Source: an uncultured Candidatus Rokubacteria bacterium (lineage in GTDB: Bacteria; Methylomirabilota; Methylomirabilia; Rokubacteriales; CSP1-6). From it: a DNA stretch of 64,000 nucleotides. The stretch is taken from NCBI GenBank assembly GCA_963758635.1, contig CAVWWD010000008.1, positions 384,001-448,000 of the forward strand, read 5' to 3'. Shown here piece by piece: positions 11,728-21,585 of this stretch. The notes beneath the pieces are model-generated. The model was not told the DNA's origin. It saw only the letters and a list, made by a program, of their open reading frames with translations, and made no database searches. Position 1 is the stretch's first letter. Each line of letters begins with the position of its first letter. The position numbers and the translations under genes were made by a program.

Positions 11728-12618
11728 ATGGCGCAAACCGTTGGATTCATTGGGCTTGGGATCATGGGCCGTCCCATGGCCAGGAACCTCATCAAGGCCG
11801 GCTACCCTCTCGTCGTACACAGCCGAAGCCGGGGTCCCGTGGACGAGCTCGTGGGCGCCGGCGCCAAGGCCGCCTCGAGCTCGCGCGAGGTCGCGTCGCA
11901 GGTCGACGTGCTGATCACGATGCTGCCGAACTCGCCCGACGTGGAGCTGGTGGCGCTCGGCAAGGACGGCATCATCGAGGGCGCCCGCCGTGGACTGCTC
12001 CTCCTGGACATGTCGACCATCTCGCCCCTGGTGTCGCAGAAGGTGGGGCGCGCGCTGGGCGACAAGGGCGTGCGAATGCTGGACGCCCCGGTGTCCGGGG
12101 GGAGAAGGGGGCGATCGACGGCGCGCTCTCGATCATGGTCGGCGGCGACAAGGCCGATTTCGACGCCGCGCTGCCGGTGTTCCAGGCCATGGGCAAGACG
12201 ATCACCCACCTGGGCCCGCTCGGCGCCGGCGGATTCACCAAGCTCGCGAACCAGGTCATCGTCGCGCTCAACCTGACCGCGCTCGGCGAGGCGCTCACGC
12301 TGGCGAGGAAGGCCGGCCTCGACCGGGAGCTCACGCTCAAGGCGCTGGGCGGCGGCCTCGCCGGCTCGCGGTGCCTGGACCAGAAGACACCGAACTACGT
12401 CTCCGGCACGTACAAGCCGGGCTTCAAGATCGACCTGCACTTCAAGGACCTCGGCCTGATCATGGAGTCTTCGCGAGCGCTCGGCGTGCCGCTCCCGTGC
12501 ACCGCGCTGGTGCAGGAGCTGTTCAACGCGCATGCGCGTCAAGGGCAGGGGCGAGCTGGACCATTCCGGCATCATCACGCTGCTCGAGGAGCTTGCGGGG
12601 CTTCCGGTAGGCTCATGA
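11728..12618 (+). CDS. garR: 2-hydroxy-3-oxopropionate (tartronate semialdehyde) reductase family (apparent frameshifts ~12100, ~12530)
   Basis: VGFIGLGIMGRPMA, DMSTISP, LDAPVSG, KLANQ, PGFKIDLHFKDL and ELDHSGI. The stop overlaps the next ATG (ATGA). Confidence 0.8.
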
Positions 12619-13644
12619 GGGCGACGGTGGACAGGCCGGGGCTCGATTCCCAGGGCCGTTCCCCGCTCATCAAGATCCGCCGCGTCCGCAAGGGCGATCT
12701 CTCCAAGGTCCGCGACGTCATCGAGCAGGCGTTCTCCGACTTCTTCGAGCGCCAGCTCGGGACGCGCCCGCGGCAGGTGTTCGGGGGCGCGCAGTACGTG
12801 CACCACCGCTGGCTCATGGAGCCGTGGGGGTGCTTCGTGGCCGAGGAAGGCGACGGCAAGATCGTCGGCGCCGCGGTGGCCGTGATGTGGGGCGCCGTCG
12901 GCCTCGTCGGGCCGGTCGCCGTGCTGCCGAACTACCAGAACCAGGACATCGGGCAGCAGCTCCTCACCGCCTGCCAGGGCTTCTTCGACGAGAACAAGGC
13001 CGCCCTCCAAGGGCGTCGTCACCTATCCGGGCAGCCCGAAGCACCTGCTCTTCTACCAGAAGTTCGGCTACCACCCGCGGGGGCTGGTGGCCATCACGGC
13101 CAAGACGCTGGACCGGCACGATACCGGCGCGGGCGCGCGAGCGGCCAAGCCGGCGGTTTCCGTGCGGCGCTACTCCACGCTCGAGGAGGCGAAGAAGAAG
13201 GCGGCGATCCTCAAGCTGCGCCGGATCACCAACGGCGTCGTGCGCGGCATGGACCTCGGCAAGGAAGTGGAGATCGTCGACGGCCTCGCGCTCGGCGACA
13301 CGCTGCTCCTCGAGAAGGGCCGCGACATCGTCGGCATGGCCATCTTCCACACGCCCGGTGTGAGCGAGGCGCCGCTCGGCAGCCTCTACGTGAAGTTCCT
13401 CGCCATCGACGCGCGCCACCGGAAGGTCGAGAACCTGAACGCGCTGCTCGGCGCCGTGGAGGACATCGCCCGCGACCTGCAGCTCCCGCGCGTGATGGCG
13501 CCGGCCTACACCTACTACTGGACCGCCTACCAGACGCTGATCGACCGCGGGTATACCATCGACTTCACGATGGTGCGGATGAAGCGCGGCAAGGCGATCG
13601 ACGACGAGGATCCCACGGTCCTCGTGCTGGACGACTGGCGCTGA
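12615..13644 (+). CDS. Tandem GNAT family N-acetyltransferase (apparent frameshift ~13010)
   Basis: VGPVAVLPNYQNQDIGQQLL (motif A) and FYQKFGY. A second GNAT-like domain lies in 13087..13644. Confidence 0.75.
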
Positions 13645-14051
13645 TCCGGCCCGGCTGCATCGAGGCGCTCCGGCGCGGGCGCCGCGCCGCCGTCCTCGCC
13701 GCCGCCCTTGCCGCGCTGCCGCTCCCGGGCGCCGCGCTCGGCCACGCCATCGTCGTCGAGTCCGTTCCCGCGCGCGACGCGAAGCTCCCCGAGGCCCCGC
13801 CCCGGGTGCTCCTGCGCTTCAACAGCAAGATCGAGGCGGGCCTGTCCCGCGCCACGATCGAGCCCGCGGGCGGCGCGCGCGCGCCACTCACGGTGAGCTC
13901 GGGGCCCGGTGGGGCGCCCTTCGCCGACCGGCTGGTCCTTCCCCTGAAACCGCTCGCCCCGGGCACCTACGTGATCCGCTATCGCGTGCTCGCCGCCGAC
14001 GGCCATCTCACGGAGGGCGCTCTCCGCTTCACCGTCGGCGCCGCCCCCTGA
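13641..14051 (+). CDS. copC: CopC periplasmic copper-binding protein (start codon uncertain)
   Basis: Signal peptide then HA..ESVP, LRFN, GTYVIRYRVLAADGH (His1 and DGH Cu ligands). Confidence 0.85.
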   Translation: MIRPGCIEALRRGRRAAVLAAALAALPLPGAALGHAIVVESVPARDAKLPEAPPRVLLRFNSKIEAGLSRATIEPAGGARAPLTVSSGPGGAPFADRLVLPLKPLAPGTYVIRYRVLAADGHLTEGALRFTVGAAP

Positions 14052-14078
14052 GGGAGGCCGCCCCATCGTGGGCACGGC

Positions 14079-15698
14079 ATGATCGCGGGGTTCCTCGACG
14101 TCCTCTTGCGCGGGGTGGCCCTTGCGGCGCTGTGCGCGGCGGCGGGGGGCGTGGCGCACGTGTTGTGGACGCTTCGGCCCGTCGTCTCGCGCTCGCCCCT
14201 GGGCGGCGCCGCGCTCGGGCGGAGCCTCTCGCTGATCGCGATCGGCGCCGCCACCGTCGCCGTCTCTCGCGCGCTCCTGATCGCCGTCGTGCATCCGTGG
14301 GCCCTCGCCGAGGAGGCCGGCCGCTGGCCGGTCGTCGCGTTCCTCGCCACGGATTTCGGCCGGGCCGGCCTCGTCAGCATCGCGCTGGCCGCGGCCCTCG
14401 CCGTCTGGGCCGCGCGCCTGCGCGGGCGGCCGGACGCCGGGCCGGCGGCGTGGGCGCTGCTCGCGGCCCTCACGGTGGCCCTCTGCGGGAGCGGGGCGTG
14501 GCTCGCCCACGCGGCCAGCCGGCTCGAGGGGCGTGGCCCGCTCATGCTCGCCACCCTCCTGCACCAGGTGGGCGCCATCCTGTGGATCGGCGGCCTGATG
14601 CACCTCGTGGGCTTCCTCGGGCTTTACCGGCGCGCCAGCGGGGCCGACGCGCTGGGCGCCGCCGTGCTGGTGCGCTTCTCGGCCGTCGCGCTGCCCGCCC
14701 TCGCCCTCGTGCTGGCGCCCGGCCTGGCGCTCTGGTGGGGTTACGTCGGCGACGGCGCCGGCCTCGTCGGGACCGGCTACGGGGTCATGGTCCTCACCAA
14801 GGTGATCCTCCTCGCCGGCGCGCTCGTCCTCGGCGGGCTGAACTTCCTCCTCGCGAGGCGGTCCGGCCGCGCCGCCGTGATCCGTCCCCTGCTCGAGGCG
14901 GAGGTGGGCGTGGGCATCACGATCCTGCTCGCCGCGGCCTCGCTCACCTCGCTGCCGCCCGCCGTGGACGTGGTCGACGACCGGGCAGGGCCGGCCGAGG
15001 TGGCTGCGCGCTTCGTGCCCGCGATGCCGCGCCTGGCCTCGCCGCCGGTGGACCGGCTCCTCGCCGTGGCGGGCCCGATCGACGACACCCTGGCCACGCG
15101 CCAGCCCGAGGAGTTCGCGTGGTCCGAGTACAACCACCACATGGCGGGCTTCTTCGTCCTCGCCATGGGGATCATGAGCGTGCTCGAGCGCGCGGGGCTC
15201 CGGTGGGCGCGGCACTGGCCCCTGGGCTTCCTGGGGCTCGCCGCCTTCCTGTTCGTGCGGAACGATCCGCGCGCATGGCCGCTCGGGCCCGCGGGCTTCT
15301 GGGAGAGCATGCTGCTGCCCGACGTGCTCCAGCATCGGCTCGTCGTCCTGCTGGTCGTGGGGCTTGCGGTGTTCGAGTGGCTCGTGCGCGCGGGCCGGCT
15401 GCGCGCGCCGAGCTGGCCGCTCGTATTCCCGCTGCTGTGCGCGGCGGGGGGCGCGCTCCTCCTGACCCACTCCCACGCGATGTTCAACCTCAAGTCCGAG
15501 TTCCTCGCCGAGGTGTCCCACGCCCCGATGGGGATCCTGGCCGTGTTCATGGGCTGGGGTCGCTGGATCGAGCTCCGGCTGCCCGCCGCGCGGGACGCGG
15601 TGACCGCCGGCGGCGGGCTCGTGCGGCTTCCGGGATGGCTGTCGTCCGTCGCCTTCGTCATGATCGGAGGCATCCTGCTCGTCTACCGCGAGTCCTGA
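14079..15698 (+). CDS. copD: CopD-family membrane protein with His-rich C-terminal membrane domain
   Basis: AHAAS, LHQVGAILWIGGL, RFS, TGYG..LTK and EAEVG; follows copC. Confidence 0.8.
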   Translation: MIAGFLDVLLRGVALAALCAAAGGVAHVLWTLRPVVSRSPLGGAALGRSLSLIAIGAATVAVSRALLIAVVHPWALAEEAGRWPVVAFLATDFGRAGLVSIALAAALAVWAARLRGRPDAGPAAWALLAALTVALCGSGAWLAHAASRLEGRGPLMLATLLHQVGAILWIGGLMHLVGFLGLYRRASGADALGAAVLVRFSAVALPALALVLAPGLALWWGYVGDGAGLVGTGYGVMVLTKVILLAGALVLGGLNFLLARRSGRAAVIRPLLEAEVGVGITILLAAASLTSLPPAVDVVDDRAGPAEVAARFVPAMPRLASPPVDRLLAVAGPIDDTLATRQPEEFAWSEYNHHMAGFFVLAMGIMSVLERAGLRWARHWPLGFLGLAAFLFVRNDPRAWPLGPAGFWESMLLPDVLQHRLVVLLVVGLAVFEWLVRAGRLRAPSWPLVFPLLCAAGGALLLTHSHAMFNLKSEFLAEVSHAPMGILAVFMGWGRWIELRLPAARDAVTAGGGLVRLPGWLSSVAFVMIGGILLVYRES

Positions 15699-15722
15699 CC
15701 GATGGCGGAGGGCGCGATTTCC

Positions 15723-15751
15723 TTGAATTCCCTCGGGGGGTCGGCTAGGGT
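15723..15751 (+). promoter_or_regulatory. Putative sigma70 promoter TTGAAT-17-TAGGGT
   Basis: -35/-10 with 17-nt spacing, 10 nt before ATG 15762. Confidence 0.5.
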
Positions 15752-15761
15752 GGGAAGCCGC

Positions 15762-16526
15762 ATGGTCGCCAAGATCCATCACGTCGGGATCGTCGTCGAG
15801 AGCCTCGGGCAGGCCTACCGCTTCTGGTGCCAGACCCTCGGGATGCCGCTCCTGCGCGAGGCCGAGCTGCCGGACCAGGGGGTGCGTGCCGCGCTGCTCG
15901 CCGCCGGCGACAGCGAGGTCGAGCTGCTCGAGCCGATCCGGCCGGACACCGGCGTGGCCCGCTTCCTCGCCCGCCGCGGCGAGGGCCTGCACCACCTCTG
16001 CTTCGAGACCTCGGACGTCGACGACGCGCTTGCCCGCCTCCGCACGGACGACGTGCCGCTCCTCGATCGCGAGCCGCGCCAGGGGCTGGCCGGCCGCGTC
16101 GCGTTCCTCCACCCGAAGGCCTGCGAGGGCGTGCTCGTGGAGCTGGCAACGCCTCCGCACGCGGGGCCGACGGAGGAATCGCCGGTCCGGCTCAAGCGCC
16201 TCGTGATCGGCTGCAGCGACCCGCAGCACACCGGCCGGATCTACCAGCGCCTCTTCGCGCTGCCGGAGGTGGCGGGGGGCAACGGGGGAGCTCGCGCCAT
16301 GCTCGGCTGGACGGGGGGTGGCACGATCCTCATGGTGCCCGCGGGCGAGGTGGGCGGCATGGAAGGCATGGTCGCCCTGTCCATGGTCGCCCCCGAGATC
16401 GGCGCCCTCATCCGCCGGCTCGAGAGCGCGGGGGCGATGATGCTGACCGGCGCCAACGAGGTGACGGTCGAGCCGCGCTCGTCCCACGGCGTCCACCTGC
16501 ACTTCAGCCGCTACCACTTCCCCTGA
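15762..16526 (+). CDS. Methylmalonyl-CoA epimerase-like VOC protein with a second VOC-like domain
   Basis: KIHHVGIVV, EVELLEP, FLARRGEGLHHLCF and FLHPKACEGVLVEL. Confidence 0.8.
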   Translation: MVAKIHHVGIVVESLGQAYRFWCQTLGMPLLREAELPDQGVRAALLAAGDSEVELLEPIRPDTGVARFLARRGEGLHHLCFETSDVDDALARLRTDDVPLLDREPRQGLAGRVAFLHPKACEGVLVELATPPHAGPTEESPVRLKRLVIGCSDPQHTGRIYQRLFALPEVAGGNGGARAMLGWTGGGTILMVPAGEVGGMEGMVALSMVAPEIGALIRRLESAGAMMLTGANEVTVEPRSSHGVHLHFSRYHFP

Positions 16527-16551
16527 TCGCCTATCCGAGTCGCGCAGAGGC

Positions 16552-16647
16552 CCTGCGGCTCACCTCGCAAGGCAGGTCGGCATGACGGTTGTTTCCACTG
16601 CATTTTCATATGCGCTCGGCTCGCCTCCGGCTCACCTCGCAAAGCCA
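16552..16647 (+). repeat. Dispersed repeat family B
   Basis: GGTTGTTTCCACTGCATTTTCATATG-CGCTCGGCTCGCCTCCGGCTCACCTCGCAAAGCCA plus an upstream half copy; matches 24384-24514 and 25546-25682. Confidence 0.9.
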
Positions 16648-16655
16648 GGGATCGG

Positions 16656-17063
16656 GTGAAACCGAAGCCACGGCGGGTGCGTGGCCTGGGAGCCGGGCGC
16701 CGGACGCGGCGCAGCCTGAGCCGGGGTGGCACGGGCCCGGGCGCCGACCTCAACCAGGTGCTCGGGCGCTGGCACGGCGTCAAGATCACGCCGATGTTCG
16801 GGCGCTGGGGCTACTTCGTGGGCGCCGAGCTCTTCGCGTGCTTTCCGCTCCGCGCCAAGGACCGCGATCTCTGGATCCGCCTGAGCCCGGGCGACCAGCG
16901 GCGCGCCCTCGCCATGGGCATGCGCCCGCACCGCCGGTTCGCGGCGCGCGGCTGGGTCGAGTGCGACCTGGACTCGCCCACGGAGGTCGGGCGGGCGATC
17001 CGCTGGCTCAGGCGGAGCTACGAGACGGTGACGCGCGTGGTGCGTGACGAGGACGCCCCGTGA
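16656..17063 (+). CDS. TfoX-N/YjbR-like small protein
   Basis: PMFGRWGYFVGAELFA...WIRL...WLRRSY pattern. Confidence 0.55.
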   Translation: MKPKPRRVRGLGAGRRTRRSLSRGGTGPGADLNQVLGRWHGVKITPMFGRWGYFVGAELFACFPLRAKDRDLWIRLSPGDQRRALAMGMRPHRRFAARGWVECDLDSPTEVGRAIRWLRRSYETVTRVVRDEDAP

Positions 17064-17656
17064 TCCGCTGGGTGATCGTCCTCGTCCTCGCCGCCGCCGC
17101 CGTCTTCCAGGCGTGGCCCGCGGAGACCATCCGCCACGCCCCCGGCGTGCTCGCTCCCCGCGAGCCCGTGCAGGCCGCGGTCGCCGATGCGCGGCCGATC
17201 GCTCACAAGGGGTTCCGCATCCGTCCCCTCGCGGCCTTCGAGATCGAGGCGCGTGTGCTCTCCGTCGAGCGCTACTGGCTCTGGCGCGAGGCCACGCTGT
17301 CGCCGATCGACGTCGCGCTGGGCTGGGGGCCGATGTCGGACCAGCAGATCGTCGACCGGCTCGAGATCAGCCAGGGCAACCGCTACTACCACTTCCGCTG
17401 GCATGGGAGCCCGCCGCTGCCCGCCCAGGCCCTCGGCGCGCACAGCGCCAACATGCATCTCATCCCCGCCTCGTCCGCGGTGTGGCGCACGCTCAAGGCG
17501 GTGCGGCCCGGCCACGTCGTGAGGCTCGCCGGATCCCTGGTGTCGGCCACGACCAGCGACGGGTGGCGCTGGGACAGCTCGCTGACGCGCAAGGACTCGG
17601 GGCCGGGGGCGTGCGAGCTGGTCTGGGTGGAGACGGCGACGTTCACGCGGCGGTAG
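17060..17656 (+). CDS. Conserved hypothetical exported protein
   Basis: N-terminal hydrophobic segment, LSPIDVALGWG, HSANMHLIPA, SLTRKDSGPGACE; GTGA coupling to the upstream gene. Confidence 0.7.
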   Translation: MIRWVIVLVLAAAAVFQAWPAETIRHAPGVLAPREPVQAAVADARPIAHKGFRIRPLAAFEIEARVLSVERYWLWREATLSPIDVALGWGPMSDQQIVDRLEISQGNRYYHFRWHGSPPLPAQALGAHSANMHLIPASSAVWRTLKAVRPGHVVRLAGSLVSATTSDGWRWDSSLTRKDSGPGACELVWVETATFTRR

Positions 17657-18914
17657 GCGCCCGCGAGGAGGCTGCCGCGTTGGCGGCGCGCGCCCGCGCC
17701 TCGATGCCCTCGATGCCGACCAGCGGCACGAGGAGCCAGACGAGGGCGGTGGTCGCCGCGGAGATGATGATCAGCCGGTCGTAGCCGATCCAGTCGTAGA
17801 GATATCCGCCGACCACCTGCGAGCCCTGCGTGCCGCCGTTGTACACGGACATGAGCAGCGCGAAGAACGTGGCCTCCACCCGGCGGGGGCACGCCTTGGC
17901 GGCGAGGTCCAGGAACGCGAGCTGCGTGACCATGTAGACCACGCCGTACCCCGTGTCGATGATCGCGGCGGAGAGTGGGCCGCGGTAGCGCAGGTACGCC
18001 AGGGTGGCGAGCACCGTGGCCCCGATCGAGAGGTTGATGAGGGGCCGGAGGGCGACCCGGCGCGACAGCGGGGCGTAGAGCAGGGCCCCGGCCACCGCGC
18101 CCAGCGCGGCGAGGGCGAGCAGCCGGCCGATGAACTGCTGGCTGAACTTCAGGACGTCGGTCTGGTAGTAGAGGAGCGGCGGGCCGAACGACGGGCTGAA
18201 GGTGAAGAAGAGGATGAACCCGGCGACGAGCCAGACCGAGCGCTCGCCGAGGGCGGCGCGGATGGCGGTCCAGGTCTCGCGGAAGGCGGCGCGGTCGGCG
18301 GTCACGCGCGGCTCCCGCACGGAGATCGCCACCATCACGAGGGACACGAGCGGGAACGCCGCGGCCACGAGGAAGGCGGACCGGAGGTCGCGGCCCTCGG
18401 CGAACCCGCCGCCGATCTCGCCGACCAGCACGGAGGCGATGTAGATCGCCGCCCACTGCACGGCCTGGAACGCGCCGGTGAGCCCGAGCGGCTTGCCCGT
18501 CTCCACCATCAGCGCGTCGGTGAGCACGTCGGTGAAGGCCAGCCCGAAGCCCATCACGGTGACGAGCACGGCCATCGGCCAGTAGGGATGCTCCCGCAGG
18601 AGGCCGAGCGCGGCGCCGGAGAGCCCGGCCAGCGTGGACGTGACGAGGAAGTAGCTCTTCCGCCGGCGGCCGAAGAGGGGCACGAAGTCCGACACGAGGC
18701 CGTACACCGGCTTGATGAGCCACGGGATCGTGGTGATGGCGAAGAACGACGCCACGTCGCCCGCGGACAGGCCGCGCTCCTTCAGGACGATCGTGATCGT
18801 CTGGTTGGGCAGGTACCACATGCCCTGGGCGAGGTACACGACGGCGAAGAGGATCGCGAAGCGCCGCGCCTCGGGCGTCTGGAACGGATGCGCACGCCCG
18901 AGCCGCGCGAGCAT
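17643..18914 (-). CDS. MFS transporter, BT1/folate-biopterin-like
   Basis: About 12 hydrophobic segments; PWLIKPVYGLVSDFVPLFGRRRKSY, DVLTDALMVE and ACPRRVEATFFALLMSVYN. Confidence 0.85.
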   Translation of the reverse strand: MLARLGRAHPFQTPEARRFAILFAVVYLAQGMWYLPNQTITIVLKERGLSAGDVASFFAITTIPWLIKPVYGLVSDFVPLFGRRRKSYFLVTSTLAGLSGAALGLLREHPYWPMAVLVTVMGFGLAFTDVLTDALMVETGKPLGLTGAFQAVQWAAIYIASVLVGEIGGGFAEGRDLRSAFLVAAAFPLVSLVMVAISVREPRVTADRAAFRETWTAIRAALGERSVWLVAGFILFFTFSPSFGPPLLYYQTDVLKFSQQFIGRLLALAALGAVAGALLYAPLSRRVALRPLINLSIGATVLATLAYLRYRGPLSAAIIDTGYGVVYMVTQLAFLDLAAKACPRRVEATFFALLMSVYNGGTQGSQVVGGYLYDWIGYDRLIIISAATTALVWLLVPLVGIEGIEARARAANAAASSRAPTAA

Positions 18915-18950
18915 GTCCCGCACTATACACGTGTGCTACGCTGGCAACCC

Positions 18951-19865
18951 ATGTCCGAGCCGCGCTCGTTCGCCTCCCACGTCGTGAAGGAATGCCAATC
19001 TCGATTTCGCCGTGCCGGGCAACATCGCGATTCTGCGTCCACACGTGGAGCCGTCGCGCCGTTTCACGGACTCTCTGCCGACACCGTCGGCGCCCGCGAC
19101 GTCGAGGCCGAGGTCGAGCGGGCGGTGGGGGCCCTCGACCTCGCCCGTCTCCGCGACGACTACCGCGCGCGGGACGAGTTCCTGTTCCTCCCGCGCTTCC
19201 TCGACGCCGAGGCGGTGAGCGGCCTGCTGGAGGACGTGACACGCCTCGAGCCCGGCGTGCACCGGAGCTACATCCCGCGGCACAAGAAGGGCGGCAGCGT
19301 GAGCCACTTCCAGATCGCCGCCGGCGGCCCCGCGCTCCTCGCCCTCTACCGGTCGCCGGCCCTCCGGAGGTTCCTCGGCGGCCTCGTCGGCGCGGACCTC
19401 CAGCTGTGTCCCGACGACGATCCGCACGCCTGCGCGCTGTACTTCTACACCGAGGCGGGCGACCACATCGGGTATCACTACGACACGTCGTACTACCGGG
19501 GGGCCCGCTACACGGTGCTGCTCGGCCTCGTCCAGGACGCGTCGAGCCGTCTCCTGTGCCGGCTCCACACGCGCCGGCGCGATCGCGCGCCCGAGGACCT
19601 GGCGGTGGAGACCCTGCCGGGATCGCTCGTCGTCTTCAACGGCGACCGCGTGTACCATGCGGTGAGCCCCGCGCGCCCCGGCGACCGTCGCGTGATGCTC
19701 ACGCTCGAGTACGTGACGAGCCGCGAGATGGGACGGGCGCAGCGCCTCTTCTCGGACCTCAAGGACGCCTTCTCGTACTTCGGCGTGCGGTCGCTGTGGC
19801 AGGCGCGCCGCCGGGCCCCGGGCGCGCCCGGCCCCAATCCTGGAAAGGACGAATCGATCCCATGA
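18951..19865 (+). CDS. 2OG-Fe(II) oxygenase family protein
   Basis: HYD...H facial triad (IGYHYDTS; FNGDRVYHAVSP) and a distal R (RVMLTLEY). Confidence 0.8.
   Translation: MSEPRSFASHVVKECQSRFRRAGQHRDSASTRGAVAPFHGLSADTVGARDVEAEVERAVGALDLARLRDDYRARDEFLFLPRFLDAEAVSGLLEDVTRLEPGVHRSYIPRHKKGGSVSHFQIAAGGPALLALYRSPALRRFLGGLVGADLQLCPDDDPHACALYFYTEAGDHIGYHYDTSYYRGARYTVLLGLVQDASSRLLCRLHTRRRDRAPEDLAVETLPGSLVVFNGDRVYHAVSPARPGDRRVMLTLEYVTSREMGRAQRLFSDLKDAFSYFGVRSLWQARRRAPGAPGPNPGKDESIP
18981..19070 (+). repeat. Dispersed repeat family D (MITE-like), in frame within the oxygenase 5' end
   Basis: GTCGTGAAGGAATG...GGGCAACATCGCGATTCTGCGT...TTCACGGA is similar to the reverse complement of 27904-27995. Confidence 0.7.
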
Positions 19866-21568
19866 CCGCATCGGCTTCCCCCGCCTCTGCGCGGGTCACC
19901 TTCGCGCCGGTGGAGGGCGCGGCCCAGGTCTTCACGCCCGAGTTCCTCGACTACGTGGTCCGCCTGCACGACGGGCTCGGCGCGCGCGCCCGCACGCTCC
20001 TGGTCGAGCGCGCCGCGGTGCTCCGCCGCGCCCTCGACGGCGCCCCGCTGGCGAGTCTGTTCCCGGCCGGGCCGTCCACGGCCGACTGGCGCGTGCCCGC
20101 GGTTCCCGCCGACCTCAGGCGGCCCGGCATCGAGATCTCCGGGCCGTGCTCGATCACGAGCATGTTCATCAACGCGCTGAACCCGGGGCCGGAGGGCGAG
20201 CGGGCGGAAGGCGACCTCGACGACGACGAGGACTCCGCCGGGCACCGGCTGGTGGACACCGTGCGCGCCGCGCTGAACCGGCACGCCGCGGTGAACGGGG
20301 AGCTCGCGTTCGACGACAGCGAGCGCAACCGGCGCTACCGGATCGCCCCCGGCGACCTGCCGTTCTTCATGCACCGGGAGCGCGGCCTGCACCTCGACGA
20401 GCCCGAGTTCCTGGTCGACGGCCGGCCGATCAACGCGGCCATCCTGGGCACCGCGCTCACGCTCTACTACGTGGGCCGCGCCCAGGTCACGCGCGGGCAG
20501 GGGATCTACTTCTACCTGCCGAAGCTCGAGTCGCCCGCGGAGTGCGCGTGGTACCGCGACCTGTTCGACCGGAGCCGCGCCGCGCTGCCGTTCCTGCGGG
20601 ACGCGGTGATCAGCGCGATCCCGCTCGTGGAGTCGCTCCCCGCCGTGTACCAGATGGACGAGATGCTCCACGCCCTCGGACCCTACGCGGGCGGGCTCAA
20701 CGCCGCCCGCTGGGACCTCAAGGCGAGCATCTTCGAGTTCGTCATGACCGACCCGGGGTCGGTGTGGCCGGACCGCTTCGGCGTGGACATCAAGACGACG
20801 CCGTTCCTCTCCGACATCTTCCGCCGCCTCGTCGCCGTCTGCCTCAAGCGGGGCGCGGTTCCCATCGGCGGCATGGCCACCGCGCTCCCGAGCAACGATC
20901 CCGAGGTGAACCGGGTCGCCGGCGAGGCCATCAGCGCCGACAAGGAGTGGGAGGCTCAGCAGGGGTTCATTCGCGCGTGGGTCGCCCACATCTTCCACAT
21001 GAAGACGGCGGGGGATCCGTTCAAGCGGCTGATCGCCTCGGGCTGGAAGCCCACCCCGGCCATGGCCGAGCCTGCTACCTACCCGATCCGCATCGAGGTG
21101 CCGGCCGGCCCCATCACCATCGAGGGCACGCGGCGCAACGTGCGGATGGTGATCGAGTACCTGGAGGGGTGGCTCAACGGGCGCGGCGCGAAGGGCATCG
21201 ACAGCCTCGAGGGCAGGCCGGGCATCCATCCCGCGCTGATGGAGGACCTCGCCACGGGCCGGATGTCGGTGGCGCAGATCGCGCAGCGCGTGCGCCACCG
21301 GGCGCCCACCACGCAGGGACCGGCGGGCACCCACGACCAGGCGCTCGTCAAGCGGCTCTTCACCGAGGAGCTCGAGGACATCCTCTCCCGGCGGCGGGCC
21401 GCGGTGACCGACGCGCGCGTGTTCGGGGAGCTGGAGGCCCGCTACCGGAAGGCCGCGAAGATCGGCCTTCGCTGGGTCCAGAACTACCTGGATCTCGACT
21501 TCCGGAGCCTGGGGTCGTACACCCGCGCGGACCTGGAGCGGATCGCCGCGGCGCCCGACGCGTTCTGA
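19862..21568 (+). CDS. Malate synthase (divergent)
   Basis: D-x-EDS, RGLHLDE, YFYLPKLES, NAARWD, GAVPIGGMA, WVAH and LMEDLAT motifs of the malate synthase A family. Confidence 0.85.
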   Translation: MTASASPASARVTFAPVEGAAQVFTPEFLDYVVRLHDGLGARARTLLVERAAVLRRALDGAPLASLFPAGPSTADWRVPAVPADLRRPGIEISGPCSITSMFINALNPGPEGERAEGDLDDDEDSAGHRLVDTVRAALNRHAAVNGELAFDDSERNRRYRIAPGDLPFFMHRERGLHLDEPEFLVDGRPINAAILGTALTLYYVGRAQVTRGQGIYFYLPKLESPAECAWYRDLFDRSRAALPFLRDAVISAIPLVESLPAVYQMDEMLHALGPYAGGLNAARWDLKASIFEFVMTDPGSVWPDRFGVDIKTTPFLSDIFRRLVAVCLKRGAVPIGGMATALPSNDPEVNRVAGEAISADKEWEAQQGFIRAWVAHIFHMKTAGDPFKRLIASGWKPTPAMAEPATYPIRIEVPAGPITIEGTRRNVRMVIEYLEGWLNGRGAKGIDSLEGRPGIHPALMEDLATGRMSVAQIAQRVRHRAPTTQGPAGTHDQALVKRLFTEELEDILSRRRAAVTDARVFGELEARYRKAAKIGLRWVQNYLDLDFRSLGSYTRADLERIAAAPDAF

Positions 21569-21585
21569 TCGAGCCGAGACGGAGG

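Noticed and set aside
10944..14051. 1035-aa ORF and other apparent giant fusions (28682..32122, 18992..21568, 32213..34501, 37981..39528)
   Set aside because: These are artefacts of frameshifts and stop-poor GC-rich frames stitching together parts of separate genes.
18951..19865. BesD-like halogenase
   Set aside because: The HxD carboxylate is retained (HYD), whereas halogenases have HxG/A.
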